This document shows positions 44,440 to 52,050 of a stretch of DNA of 64,000 bases, in pieces. Below the pieces are notes generated by a model. The model saw nothing but the letters and a program-made list of their open reading frames with translations, was not told the DNA's origin and did no database searches. Location of the stretch: NCBI GenBank assembly GCA_015064685.1, contig SVRT01000004.1, positions 55,883 through 119,882 on the forward strand. The letters run 5' to 3'. How positions within the stretch are numbered: position 1 is the first letter of the stretch; the number at the start of each line of letters is the position of its first letter. The position numbers and the translations under genes are program-made. The DNA comes from Oscillospiraceae bacterium (GTDB lineage Bacteria > Bacillota > Clostridia > Oscillospirales > CAG-272).

Positions 44440-45234
44440 GTGAAAGACATATACAACCAGACGGGACGCATATTCGACATACAGAGATATTCTCTTCATG
44501 ACGGTCCCGGAATCAGAACCATAGTATTTTTAAAGGGCTGCTACCTCAGATGTAAATGGTGCTGCAACCCCGAATCGCAGGAATATGCGATACAGGAGAT
44601 GACCCGTGCGGGTAAAAAAGAGATCATGGGTCGCGACGTTACGGTCGGCGAGCTTATGGACGAAATAAGCAAGGACAGGATCTACTACGCGCGAAGCGGC
44701 GGCGGAATCACGCTTTCGGGCGGCGAGTGTATGGCTCAGCCCGATTTCTCGGAGGCTCTTTTGCGCGCCTGCCACGATTACGGCTTCAATACCGCCATCG
44801 AGACAACGGCGTTCGCAAGTCACGACGTAGTCGCGAGACTTCTTCCACACGTTGACCATTTCCTTATGGACATCAAGCACATGGACTCGCACAAGCACGA
44901 GCAGTTCACGGGCAAGCCTAACGAACAGATACTAAAGAACGCGAGATTTATCGCGGAAAACGCGCGCGATCTTATCATCCGCGTACCTACCGTTCCTACC
45001 TTCAACGCGACTCCCGATGAAATTTCGGCGATCGCGAGGTTTGCTTCAAGCCTGCCGGGCGTCAAGGAGCTTCACCTGCTCCCCTATCACCGTCTCGGAC
45101 AGGACAAGTACACGGGACTCGGCCGAAATTATCTTATGGACGGCATCGAGCCGCCGACGAACGATCTAATGGCTGAGCTTTTAAAGGTTGCAAAGAGAGC
45201 CGCCCCAAATCTGCACGTACAGATAGGAGGCTAA
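44440..45234 (+). CDS. glycyl radical enzyme activating enzyme (radical SAM)
   Basis: GTG at 44440 with an AAGGAGG RBS 5 nt upstream. GRIFDIQRYSLHDGPGIRTIVFLKGCYLRCKWCCNPES (CxxxCxxC). Confidence 0.9.
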   Translation: MKDIYNQTGRIFDIQRYSLHDGPGIRTIVFLKGCYLRCKWCCNPESQEYAIQEMTRAGKKEIMGRDVTVGELMDEISKDRIYYARSGGGITLSGGECMAQPDFSEALLRACHDYGFNTAIETTAFASHDVVARLLPHVDHFLMDIKHMDSHKHEQFTGKPNEQILKNARFIAENARDLIIRVPTVPTFNATPDEISAIARFASSLPGVKELHLLPYHRLGQDKYTGLGRNYLMDGIEPPTNDLMAELLKVAKRAAPNLHVQIGG

Positions 45235-45237
45235 AAC

Positions 45238-45705
45238 ATGAAAAGATTTCTTGTTTTGTTGCTCGCCGTTCTGGCAGTATTTATACTCTTCGTTTCATGT
45301 GACGGCAAAAAAGCTGCCGAAACAGAAAGCAAAACTGAAGCCGACACCGAATCAGTTTCCAAGTCTGACGCAATATACGGCACGTATATTCGAGAAAACG
45401 ACAACGGATATGATTCCTTTTCGATCACTCTGCACGAGGACGGAACCTATACGTACTACGAGACGATGATCAGCAGTCACTTGGGACACGGTGAATATAC
45501 CATTGAAGGCAATCTGATCACCCTGATCGACACGCAGATCCCCACATACAGCAGCTCCGCTACTTATGAATTTAAATTCGAATACCGCGACGGCAAGCTT
45601 ATATATCTCGCTGCAAAGTCCGATCAGTTTATGTACGTACATATTCCCGACGGCGCGGAATTTGAGCGCTTCGAGATTGAAGTAGAAACGAAAAAACCAG
45701 AATAA
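45238..45705 (+). CDS. predicted lipoprotein of unknown function inside the BMC operon
   Basis: Signal peptide plus lipobox (LAVFILFVSC). The mature part is beta-rich (YGTYIRENDNGYDSFSITLHEDGTYTYYE). The start is 3 nt after the activase stop. Confidence 0.6.
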   Translation: MKRFLVLLLAVLAVFILFVSCDGKKAAETESKTEADTESVSKSDAIYGTYIRENDNGYDSFSITLHEDGTYTYYETMISSHLGHGEYTIEGNLITLIDTQIPTYSSSATYEFKFEYRDGKLIYLAAKSDQFMYVHIPDGAEFERFEIEVETKKPE

Positions 45706-45729
45706 CAATACCCCATTCGGAGGTTAACA

Positions 45730-46101
45730 ATGTCTAATTCATTTGAATTTCAAGATAAAATGCGAATAGTTCAGGAGCTGGTGCCGGGTCGTCAGATCAC
45801 TCTGGCGCACATCATCGCCAATCCCGACCCCACGCTCTATCAGAAGCTCGGACTTGATCCCAAGCTTGACTATGAGAAGGCTGCCATCGGTGTACTCACC
45901 GTCAGCCCCGCCGAAACCGCGGTCATTACAGCCGATATAGCGCTCAAATCCTCGGGTGCAGACCTCGGATTCGTCGACCGTTTTTCGGGTACGCTCATAA
46001 TCACCGGCAAGGTCGCGGAGGTCGAGGCTTCGTTTACGGCTATTACCGAGTATTTCAGAAATACACTCAAATTCACAGTCTGCGAGATGACGAGAACCTG
46101 A
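45730..46101 (+). CDS. circularly permuted BMC shell protein (PduU/EutS-like)
   Basis: RIVQELVPGRQITLAHIIANPDP...AIGVLTVSPAETAVITADIALKSSGADLGFVDRFSGTLIITG is the typical PduU/EutS pattern. Confidence 0.85.
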   Translation: MSNSFEFQDKMRIVQELVPGRQITLAHIIANPDPTLYQKLGLDPKLDYEKAAIGVLTVSPAETAVITADIALKSSGADLGFVDRFSGTLIITGKVAEVEASFTAITEYFRNTLKFTVCEMTRT

Positions 46102-46532
46102 TGAAAAAGCTCATTTTGATGGGTAGAGTTGCCGCGGGCAAGACAACGCTCACGCAAGCCCTCAAGGGCGAGCAGCTCCACTACTGCAAAACGCAGTACA
46201 TAAATTATATGGACACTATAATAGACACGCCCGGCGAATACACCGAGGTTCACACCCTGGCGGCGGCTCTGGCGGTCTACTCATACGAGGCGGACGTGAT
46301 AGGTCTTGTCGTTAGCGCGAACGAGCCATTCTGCGTTTTTCCGCCCAACTGCACTCACCACGTTAACCGCGACGTTATAGGAATAATTTCCGGAATTGAC
46401 AAGGAAGATGCAAATATTCCGCTTGCGGAGCGCTGGCTGCTTAACTGCGGAGTGCAAAAGGAAAAGTTATTCTACGTCAGCTCATATACCCGCGAGGGAC
46501 TTGATACAATAATCGATTACCTAAATAAATAA
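46101..46532 (+). CDS. EutP/PduV family small GTPase-like protein
   Basis: MKKLILMGRVAAGKTTLTQAL P-loop and DTPGEY. 143 aa. The start overlaps the upstream stop (TGATG). Confidence 0.8.
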   Translation: MKKLILMGRVAAGKTTLTQALKGEQLHYCKTQYINYMDTIIDTPGEYTEVHTLAAALAVYSYEADVIGLVVSANEPFCVFPPNCTHHVNRDVIGIISGIDKEDANIPLAERWLLNCGVQKEKLFYVSSYTREGLDTIIDYLNK

Positions 46533-46557
46533 TTATGACCGTTTCGTAATTTGTGAG

Positions 46558-46608
46558 GGCGACCTCCACAGCCTATGCAAGCGGTCCCCCTTCCCCGCTG
46601 GGGAAGGC
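46558..46608. repeat. fragment of a type II element arm
   Basis: GGCGACCTCC...GCGGTCCCCCTTCCCCGCTGGGGAAGGC matches the right arm of 22835-23092. No termini are present. Confidence 0.7.
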
Positions 46609-46621
46609 GAAAGGGGAAAAT

Positions 46622-47413
46622 ATGTCAAAGACCAAAACCATCTGCTTTGCCAACAACAAGGGCGGAAGCGGAAAATCCACCACCTGCGCGAACATCGGCT
46701 ATTCGCTCTCGACGCTCGGCAAACGCGTGCTTCTCATCGACGCTGATATGCAGATGAACCTCACGCTCCAGTTTTTTGACGACGAGACCTCGCTTGAAAT
46801 GGCGAAAAGCGGCAAAAATATTTACGTCGGCGTGACAGAACAAAAGGATCTTTCGGATTTTGTCGTGCCGACCGAATACGAAGGGCTTGATATGATCCCC
46901 TCCTCGACTCTTATGAGCGGGATCGAGTTCCAGCTCTTTACAAAGTGGCAGAGAGAATTTATTCTCCGTCAGGGACTTAAGTCGATCAAGGAATCGGGCA
47001 AGTATGATTACATACTCATCGACGCGCCTCCCACGCTCGGCTGCTGGGTAATGAACATCATGTGCGCGTCTGATTACCTCGTAATTCCCGTTGAGGCATC
47101 GCCCTGGGGGCTTTTCGGACTTGCGAATATGTTTGAATTCTACGAGCAGGTCAAGCTGATATCCCCCACGCTTAATCTTATGGGAATTGCTATCACGAAG
47201 GCGAGCGAACGCAAGAATTACTTCAAGCAGACCGTCGAAACACTCTCGTCGCTTGATAACGTAAGACTCTTCGAAACAATAATCCGCATCGACTCAAACG
47301 TCGAGTGGTCGCAGGATAACTCAAAGCCCGTTATGGTCTATAAGAGATCAAGCCGCGCGGCACAGGAATATTTTGAAATGGCAAAGGAGATCGAAAAATA
47401 TGTCGATAGGTAA
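46622..47413 (+). CDS. ParA/Soj/MinD-family P-loop ATPase
   Basis: ATG at 46622 (AAAGGGGAAAA RBS). Deviant Walker A NNKGGSGKST with the signature Lys. LLIDADMQ and YILIDAPP motifs. Confidence 0.85.
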   Translation: MSKTKTICFANNKGGSGKSTTCANIGYSLSTLGKRVLLIDADMQMNLTLQFFDDETSLEMAKSGKNIYVGVTEQKDLSDFVVPTEYEGLDMIPSSTLMSGIEFQLFTKWQREFILRQGLKSIKESGKYDYILIDAPPTLGCWVMNIMCASDYLVIPVEASPWGLFGLANMFEFYEQVKLISPTLNLMGIAITKASERKNYFKQTVETLSSLDNVRLFETIIRIDSNVEWSQDNSKPVMVYKRSSRAAQEYFEMAKEIEKYVDR

Positions 47414-47804
47414 GTCCAGCATCACAAAGAGAGTCGCAAAGGTCGCAGAGCCCGAGGCGGCAAAGGAAAAGAACATAGCTCCCGAGCTTGTCGCAACGGT
47501 TGCGGCAGCACCAAAGGTAGCACCAAAGGCAGAGCCAAAGAAGGCTCCCGCGAAGAAAGCCTCTTCCGAGGCGGCAAAGAAGCCCGCAGCCTCCACCGCG
47601 AAAAAGCCTGCGGCAAAGAAGCCTGCAACGCCCAAGAAGGAGACACTCACTCCTCCAACCGAGGCGCCCTCGACACCCTTGGTCGACAGCACGGTGCTCG
47701 CAAACGTCTCGCCCGAGACTGTTGCCGCCGTTACGGGTCACAAGGAAAACAGCGGATTTGAAAAGGTCCAGCTCGGCGAAAAAATGCCCGTACATTTACT
47801 TTAA
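47400..47804 (+). CDS. lysine/alanine/proline-rich, probably disordered basic protein (candidate ParA partner)
   Basis: The ATG at 47400 overlaps the ParA 3' end by 14 nt, with an AAGGAG RBS. MSIGKSSITKRVAKV... is followed by AKKPAA/PKKAPAKK-type repeats. A terminator follows immediately. No recognisable folded domain. Confidence 0.6.
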   Translation: MSIGKSSITKRVAKVAEPEAAKEKNIAPELVATVAAAPKVAPKAEPKKAPAKKASSEAAKKPAASTAKKPAAKKPATPKKETLTPPTEAPSTPLVDSTVLANVSPETVAAVTGHKENSGFEKVQLGEKMPVHLL

Positions 47805-47810
47805 TATCAC

Positions 47811-47840
47811 AAAACGGAGAGATTTTTCTCTCCGTTTTTG
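47811..47840 (+). terminator. intrinsic terminator
   Basis: AAAA-CGGAGAGA-TTTTT-CTCTCCG-TTTTTG. An identical copy lies at 49085-49114. Confidence 0.85.
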
Positions 47841-47846
47841 TTTGTC

Positions 47847-47898
47847 AAATTGCGGTTTACGGGGATTGTTCGTCTCCCCACTAAATCAAAATTTGAAA
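47847..47898 (+). repeat. 52-bp solo element: termini only, interior missing
   Basis: AAATTGCGGTTTACGGGG-ATTGTTCG-TCTCCCCACTAAATCAAAATTTGAAA. It retains only the last 8 nt (ATTGTTCG) of the type I arm. Confidence 0.8.
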
Positions 47899-47969
47899 TC
47901 AAATCGCAAAATTGATATTGAGTTAACAATAATATCTTATAATTAAAAAAATATTTTTCGAGGTAAAAA

Positions 47970-49079
47970 ATGAAAAAATATCAGGCATCAATACACCCCG
48001 ACGACGACGCGCATTACGAAAAGATGGGGCTTGTCAAGGACAAGATCGAGCTTTGGGAGGACGCTATGCGTACCGACGGCTCGAAGGGTACCTACGAATG
48101 GTGGTACTACGACTCACACTACCCCGACGGCACTATTCTCGTTATCTTTTTCTTCTCAAAATCCCCCATCGCCGTCGACGGTCCCATAAAGCCGACCGCG
48201 ACCGCCGAGCTTACCCTTCCCGACGGAACGAAATATTCCGAGGAGGTATACGCGAGCATAGAGGACAGCTTTTACTCAAAGGAAAAATGCGATATAAGGA
48301 TCGGCGAGTGCAAAACGAGCGGCGATCTCTCTCACTACGACGTAGTATTCAAGGGCGAGAGGATCCAAGCCACGCTTTCGCTTGACGGCACTGTCCCCGC
48401 TTGGCGTTCGCAGACGGGCAGTATACTATTTGGAGACAACGAGGAACATTATTTTGCTTGGCTCCCCGCAATTCCCGAGGGACGCGCGGTCGCTGACGTC
48501 ACGTATGAAGGTAATTCCCTTCACCTCGAGGGCAGCGGCTACCACGACCACAACTGGGGCAATATCTCAATGCTTTCACTTATGCACCATTGGTATTGGG
48601 GCAGAGCCAAGATCGGAGATTACAAGGTCATATCTGCTTGGATCACGGGCGAGCGCAAGTACGGCTACAAGGATTTTGACGTCTTTATGCTTGCAAAGGG
48701 CAATAAGATCATCGGTGATAACTCAAATCACACTCTCAGATTTCTTTCGACCGACGAGTATACAGACGAGCATACGGGCAAGCCCGTCTACAACAATGTA
48801 GTGTACGAATACCTGACACCCTATGGCGAGAATTACCGTATCACGTATTCCCGCAAGGGAGATATCGCCTCGCAGAGGTTTATCGACCTACTCCCGCCCG
48901 TCCTTAAGATTGGAGCGAAGATCGTGGGCTTCTCGGGAGCCTACCTCAGATTCTTCGGTGAGGCTTCGATCGAAAGGATCGAAAACGGCGTGACCGTCGA
49001 AAAGGTCACCGAGCCGAGCGCCGTCTGGGAGCTGATGTATTTCGGTAAATCCGCCGCAGATAAAAAATACAAAAAATAA
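47970..49079 (+). CDS. AttH/CrtC-like lipocalin-fold protein (function unknown)
   Basis: GTYEWWYYDSHYPDG and GSGYHDHNWGN resemble the hydroxyneurosporene-synthase/AttH family as I recall it. 369 aa, no signal peptide. Confidence 0.45.
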   Translation: MKKYQASIHPDDDAHYEKMGLVKDKIELWEDAMRTDGSKGTYEWWYYDSHYPDGTILVIFFFSKSPIAVDGPIKPTATAELTLPDGTKYSEEVYASIEDSFYSKEKCDIRIGECKTSGDLSHYDVVFKGERIQATLSLDGTVPAWRSQTGSILFGDNEEHYFAWLPAIPEGRAVADVTYEGNSLHLEGSGYHDHNWGNISMLSLMHHWYWGRAKIGDYKVISAWITGERKYGYKDFDVFMLAKGNKIIGDNSNHTLRFLSTDEYTDEHTGKPVYNNVVYEYLTPYGENYRITYSRKGDIASQRFIDLLPPVLKIGAKIVGFSGAYLRFFGEASIERIENGVTVEKVTEPSAVWELMYFGKSAADKKYKK

Positions 49080-49084
49080 ACGCA

Positions 49085-49114
49085 AAAACGGAGAGATTTT
49101 TCTCTCCGTTTTTG
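49085..49114 (+). terminator. intrinsic terminator (copy of 47811-47840)
   Basis: AAAAA-CGGAGAGA-TTTTT-CTCTCCG-TTTTTG. Confidence 0.85.
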
Positions 49115-49120
49115 TTTGTC

Positions 49121-49387
49121 AAATTGGGGTTTGTCAGTGTGATAAGCCTTCCCCAGCGGGGAAGGGGGACCGCGTTAGCGGTGGATGAGGAGGTCGCCCT
49201 TTCAAGGGCTTTTCGTCTGTAAAAAAGCTTTGTTTCGTTGCAAAAGAATCCTTATGCCACAAAACAAAATCCACGATACACCCGTGGCGCGCGTCCTAAT
49301 GGCGACCTCCTCATCCACCACCTTCGGTGGTCCCCCTTCTCCGCTGGAGAAGGCTATTCGCAACAGTTAGACAAATCAAAATTTGAA
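49121..49387 (+). repeat. type II element, interior inverted relative to copy at 22835-23092
   Basis: AAATTGGGGTTTGTCAG ... TTAGACAAATCAAAATTTGAA. The CCTTCCCC/ACCGCGTTAGCGGT arm is on the left here and on the right in the other copy. The centre is its reverse complement. Confidence 0.9.
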
Positions 49388-49443
49388 TTTCTTAATTACG
49401 TTATTACGTTGTTAATACTGTTTTAAAAATTTTCTCTTTTTTA

Positions 49444-49472
49444 TTGACAAATCCCTTTTCGCGTGTTATAAT
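49444..49472 (+). promoter_or_regulatory. consensus sigma-A promoter of the metal-resistance operon
   Basis: TTGACA, 17 nt, TATAAT (49467-49472). Confidence 0.75.
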
Positions 49473-49486
49473 TATAGCAACACTTG

Positions 49487-49504
49487 AACAATTATTCAAT
49501 TGTT
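49487..49504 (+). promoter_or_regulatory. probable ArsR/SmtB-family operator
   Basis: Inverted repeat AACAATT-ATTC-AATTGTT between the -10 box and the RBS of the ArsR-family gene. Confidence 0.55.
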
Positions 49505-49523
49505 GTTAGAAAGGAGTTAAATT

Positions 49524-49901
49524 ATGTCACACGGTCACGGCAATATTCCGCTCTGCACCGAGCGCGAAGCACACCACGAGGTCATCGATAAGATATCCCT
49601 CCCTGACGATGAGCATCTTTTTGATCTCGCGGAGTTTTTCTCAGTTATGGGAGACAGCACGCGTATAAAGATCCTCTATCTTCTCTTTGAGGGCGAGCTA
49701 TGCGTATGCGATATATCTGAAAAGCTGTCTATGACAATGTCGGCAATCTCCCACCAGCTCCGTATTCTGAAAAACGCGAGACTGGTAAAATACCGCAAGA
49801 GCGGAAAAAGCGTATTCTATTCCCTTGACGACGAGCATATCAAAACTATCATCAATATGGGAAACGAGCATATTAACGAAATGTTTGGAGGTAACGTATG
49901 A
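49524..49901 (+). CDS. ArsR/SmtB family metal-sensing repressor
   Basis: ELCVCDISEKLSMTMSAISHQLRILKNARLV is the alpha3 CVC metal site plus the HTH. Confidence 0.85.
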   Translation: MSHGHGNIPLCTEREAHHEVIDKISLPDDEHLFDLAEFFSVMGDSTRIKILYLLFEGELCVCDISEKLSMTMSAISHQLRILKNARLVKYRKSGKSVFYSLDDEHIKTIINMGNEHINEMFGGNV

Positions 49902-50116
49902 AAAAGGTATTTGAGCTTGAGGATCTCGACTGTGCGAACTGCGCGGCGAAGATGGAGGCGGCGATAAACAAGATCGACGGAGTTATCGAGGCTAAGGTCA
50001 GCTTTATGACCCAGAAGTTGACGATCGAGGCTGATGAGAAGGATTTCGACAAGATCTTAAAGGCGGCGCAGAAGGCAATAAAGAAGGTCGAGCCCGACTG
50101 CAGAATAATCTTATAA
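49898..50116 (+). CDS. heavy-metal-associated (HMA) domain protein
   Basis: 72 aa with a CANC metal-binding loop in a ferredoxin-like HMA pattern (LEDLDCANCAAKMEAAINKIDGV). Confidence 0.8.
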   Translation: MKKVFELEDLDCANCAAKMEAAINKIDGVIEAKVSFMTQKLTIEADEKDFDKILKAAQKAIKKVEPDCRIIL

Positions 50117-50123
50117 ATAAAGA

Positions 50124-52016
50124 ATGAAGAGAAAAGACAAAAAACAGCTGTGTCGGATAGTTGTCTCAGCCCTCCTGCTCGCGCTGATCTCAGCGATAGA
50201 GAAAATATGGAGTTTTCCTTTTTCTCTCAAGGCTTTCGGCTTTGATCTCCTACCGCTTCTCGCCTATCTGATCCCATATATCCCGGTTGGATACGCGGTT
50301 CTTTTCAAGGCGGCGAGAAATATTGCGCACGGTCAGGTGTTCGACGAGAATTTTCTTATGTCTATCGCAACCGTTGGCGCGTTCGCGACAGGAGAGTATG
50401 CTGAGGCGGTCTTCGTAATGCTCTTCTACCAGGTCGGCGAGCTTTTCGAGCATATCGCCGTTGGCAAGAGCCGAAACGCGATAAAGAGCCTGCTCTCTAT
50501 CCGTGCGGACACCGCATATATAGAAAAGGAAGACGGCGAGCTTTATGAGGTCGAGTGCGAGGAGATATCGGTCGGCGATATAATCACGGTCAAGGCGGGC
50601 GGCAGAATTCCGCTTGACGGAGTCATAGTCGAGGGAAAAAGCGCGCTGAACACCGTCGCTCTTACGGGAGAATCGTTGCCAAGAGAGGTAAACGTAGGCG
50701 ACGAAGCCCTCTCGGGCTGTGTAAACGAGGGGGGAATGCTCAAAATCAGAGTCACAAAGCCCTTTTCAGAATCAACCGTATCAAGAATCCTCGCGCTCGT
50801 CGAAAATTCAGCGGAAAATAAGTCGAAAAGCGAGGATTTTATCACGCGCTTCGCGCGCATCTACACCCCCGCGGTGGTTATCGGAGCTGCATTGCTCGCA
50901 ATCCTCCCCCCCGTTTTCATCGGAGTCGGCGACGCGTCGGTCTGGCGCGAATGGGTGATGAGAGCGATGACGTTTCTCGTCATTTCCTGCCCCTGCGCGC
51001 TCGTGATCTCGGTTCCACTCTCATATTTTGGAGGAATCGGCTCGGCATCAAGGCGCGGAATACTTATCAAGGGCTCAAATTATCTTGACGCGCTTTCCCG
51101 TTGCGACACGGTGGTTTTTGATAAAACGGGAACTCTCACCGAGGGTGTTTTCAAGGTGACAGAGGTCTCAGCCACGGCAGGCGAAACAGAAAAAAGCATA
51201 CTTTCAATCGCATCTGCCGCAGAAAAGTACTCAACTCACCCGATCGCCGGGGCGATCCGCAAATATTGCGAGGAAAACGGCATCGAGGAATCGGGATCGC
51301 TCAGGGATATCGAGGAGATCTCGGGTTTTGGAGTCAAGGCAGGGTGCGACGGTGGCATCTTGCTCGTCGGTAATACCAGAATGATGAGAGATAATGGCAT
51401 AAATACCCCCGAAATACTCGGTGGAGCGGCGGTTTTCATCGCATTTAACGAAAAATACCTCGGTCACATTCTGCTTGCAGATCTTCCAAAAGCAAATGCG
51501 CGCGAATCGGTTGAAAAAATGAAAAAGATCGGCATCAAAAACGCGATCATGCTCTCGGGAGACAGAAAAAGCGAGGCGGAATACGTCGCAAGCACACTTT
51601 CGCTCGACTCATACCGCGCCGAGCTGCTCCCGGGCGACAAGGTATCCTCTCTTGAGGACGTGATAAAAGGCTCGAGCGGACTCGTCGCATACGTCGGAGA
51701 TGGCATAAACGACGCTCCCGTCCTTGCGCGCGCTGACGTCGGGATCGCTATGGGCGCGCTCGGCTCGGATGCCGCGATCGAGGCGGCGGATATCGTTCTT
51801 ATGGACGACAATCTCGACAAAATAAGCGACGCGATCCTTCTCTCAAGAAGAACCCGTCGCATAGTTATGCAAAATATAGTCTTTGCGCTCGGTGTCAAAG
51901 CAGCCGCGCTCATCCTCGGCGCGCTCGGACTCGTCGGTCTCGGTGTTGCAATATTTGCAGACGTAGGTGTAGCGGTGATAGCAATACTAAACTCGATGAG
52001 AAATTTAAAGCAATAA
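50124..52016 (+). CDS. heavy-metal translocating P1B-type ATPase (Cd/Zn/Co type likely)
   Basis: CPC motif (SCPCALVIS), DKTGTLT, GDGINDAP. No fused N-terminal HMA domain. Confidence 0.9.
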   Translation: MKRKDKKQLCRIVVSALLLALISAIEKIWSFPFSLKAFGFDLLPLLAYLIPYIPVGYAVLFKAARNIAHGQVFDENFLMSIATVGAFATGEYAEAVFVMLFYQVGELFEHIAVGKSRNAIKSLLSIRADTAYIEKEDGELYEVECEEISVGDIITVKAGGRIPLDGVIVEGKSALNTVALTGESLPREVNVGDEALSGCVNEGGMLKIRVTKPFSESTVSRILALVENSAENKSKSEDFITRFARIYTPAVVIGAALLAILPPVFIGVGDASVWREWVMRAMTFLVISCPCALVISVPLSYFGGIGSASRRGILIKGSNYLDALSRCDTVVFDKTGTLTEGVFKVTEVSATAGETEKSILSIASAAEKYSTHPIAGAIRKYCEENGIEESGSLRDIEEISGFGVKAGCDGGILLVGNTRMMRDNGINTPEILGGAAVFIAFNEKYLGHILLADLPKANARESVEKMKKIGIKNAIMLSGDRKSEAEYVASTLSLDSYRAELLPGDKVSSLEDVIKGSSGLVAYVGDGINDAPVLARADVGIAMGALGSDAAIEAADIVLMDDNLDKISDAILLSRRTRRIVMQNIVFALGVKAAALILGALGLVGLGVAIFADVGVAVIAILNSMRNLKQ

Positions 52017-52020
52017 AAAT

Positions 52021-52050
52021 ATTCCTCACCGTTATCGGTGAGGAATTATT
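52021..52050. terminator. bidirectional terminator between convergent genes
   Basis: ATTCCTCACC-GTTATC-GGTGAGGAAT, flanked by an A-rich left side and a T-rich right side. Confidence 0.75.

Noticed and set aside
47331-47795. 154-aa Cys/Arg/Leu-rich minus-strand ORF
   Set aside because: It is antisense to the Lys/Ala/Pro-rich gene. Low-complexity GC-rich coding sequence keeps the opposite frame open. The plus-strand gene has an RBS, an overlap with parA and a terminator.
1068-49387. Integron attC sites / gene cassettes
   Set aside because: The elements are imperfect palindromes with conserved ends, as attC sites are. However, there is no intI gene and the RYYYAAC/GTTRRRY core sites are absent from the termini. 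The flanking genes are in mixed orientation and include housekeeping genes (metG, nagA, pfkA neighbourhood).
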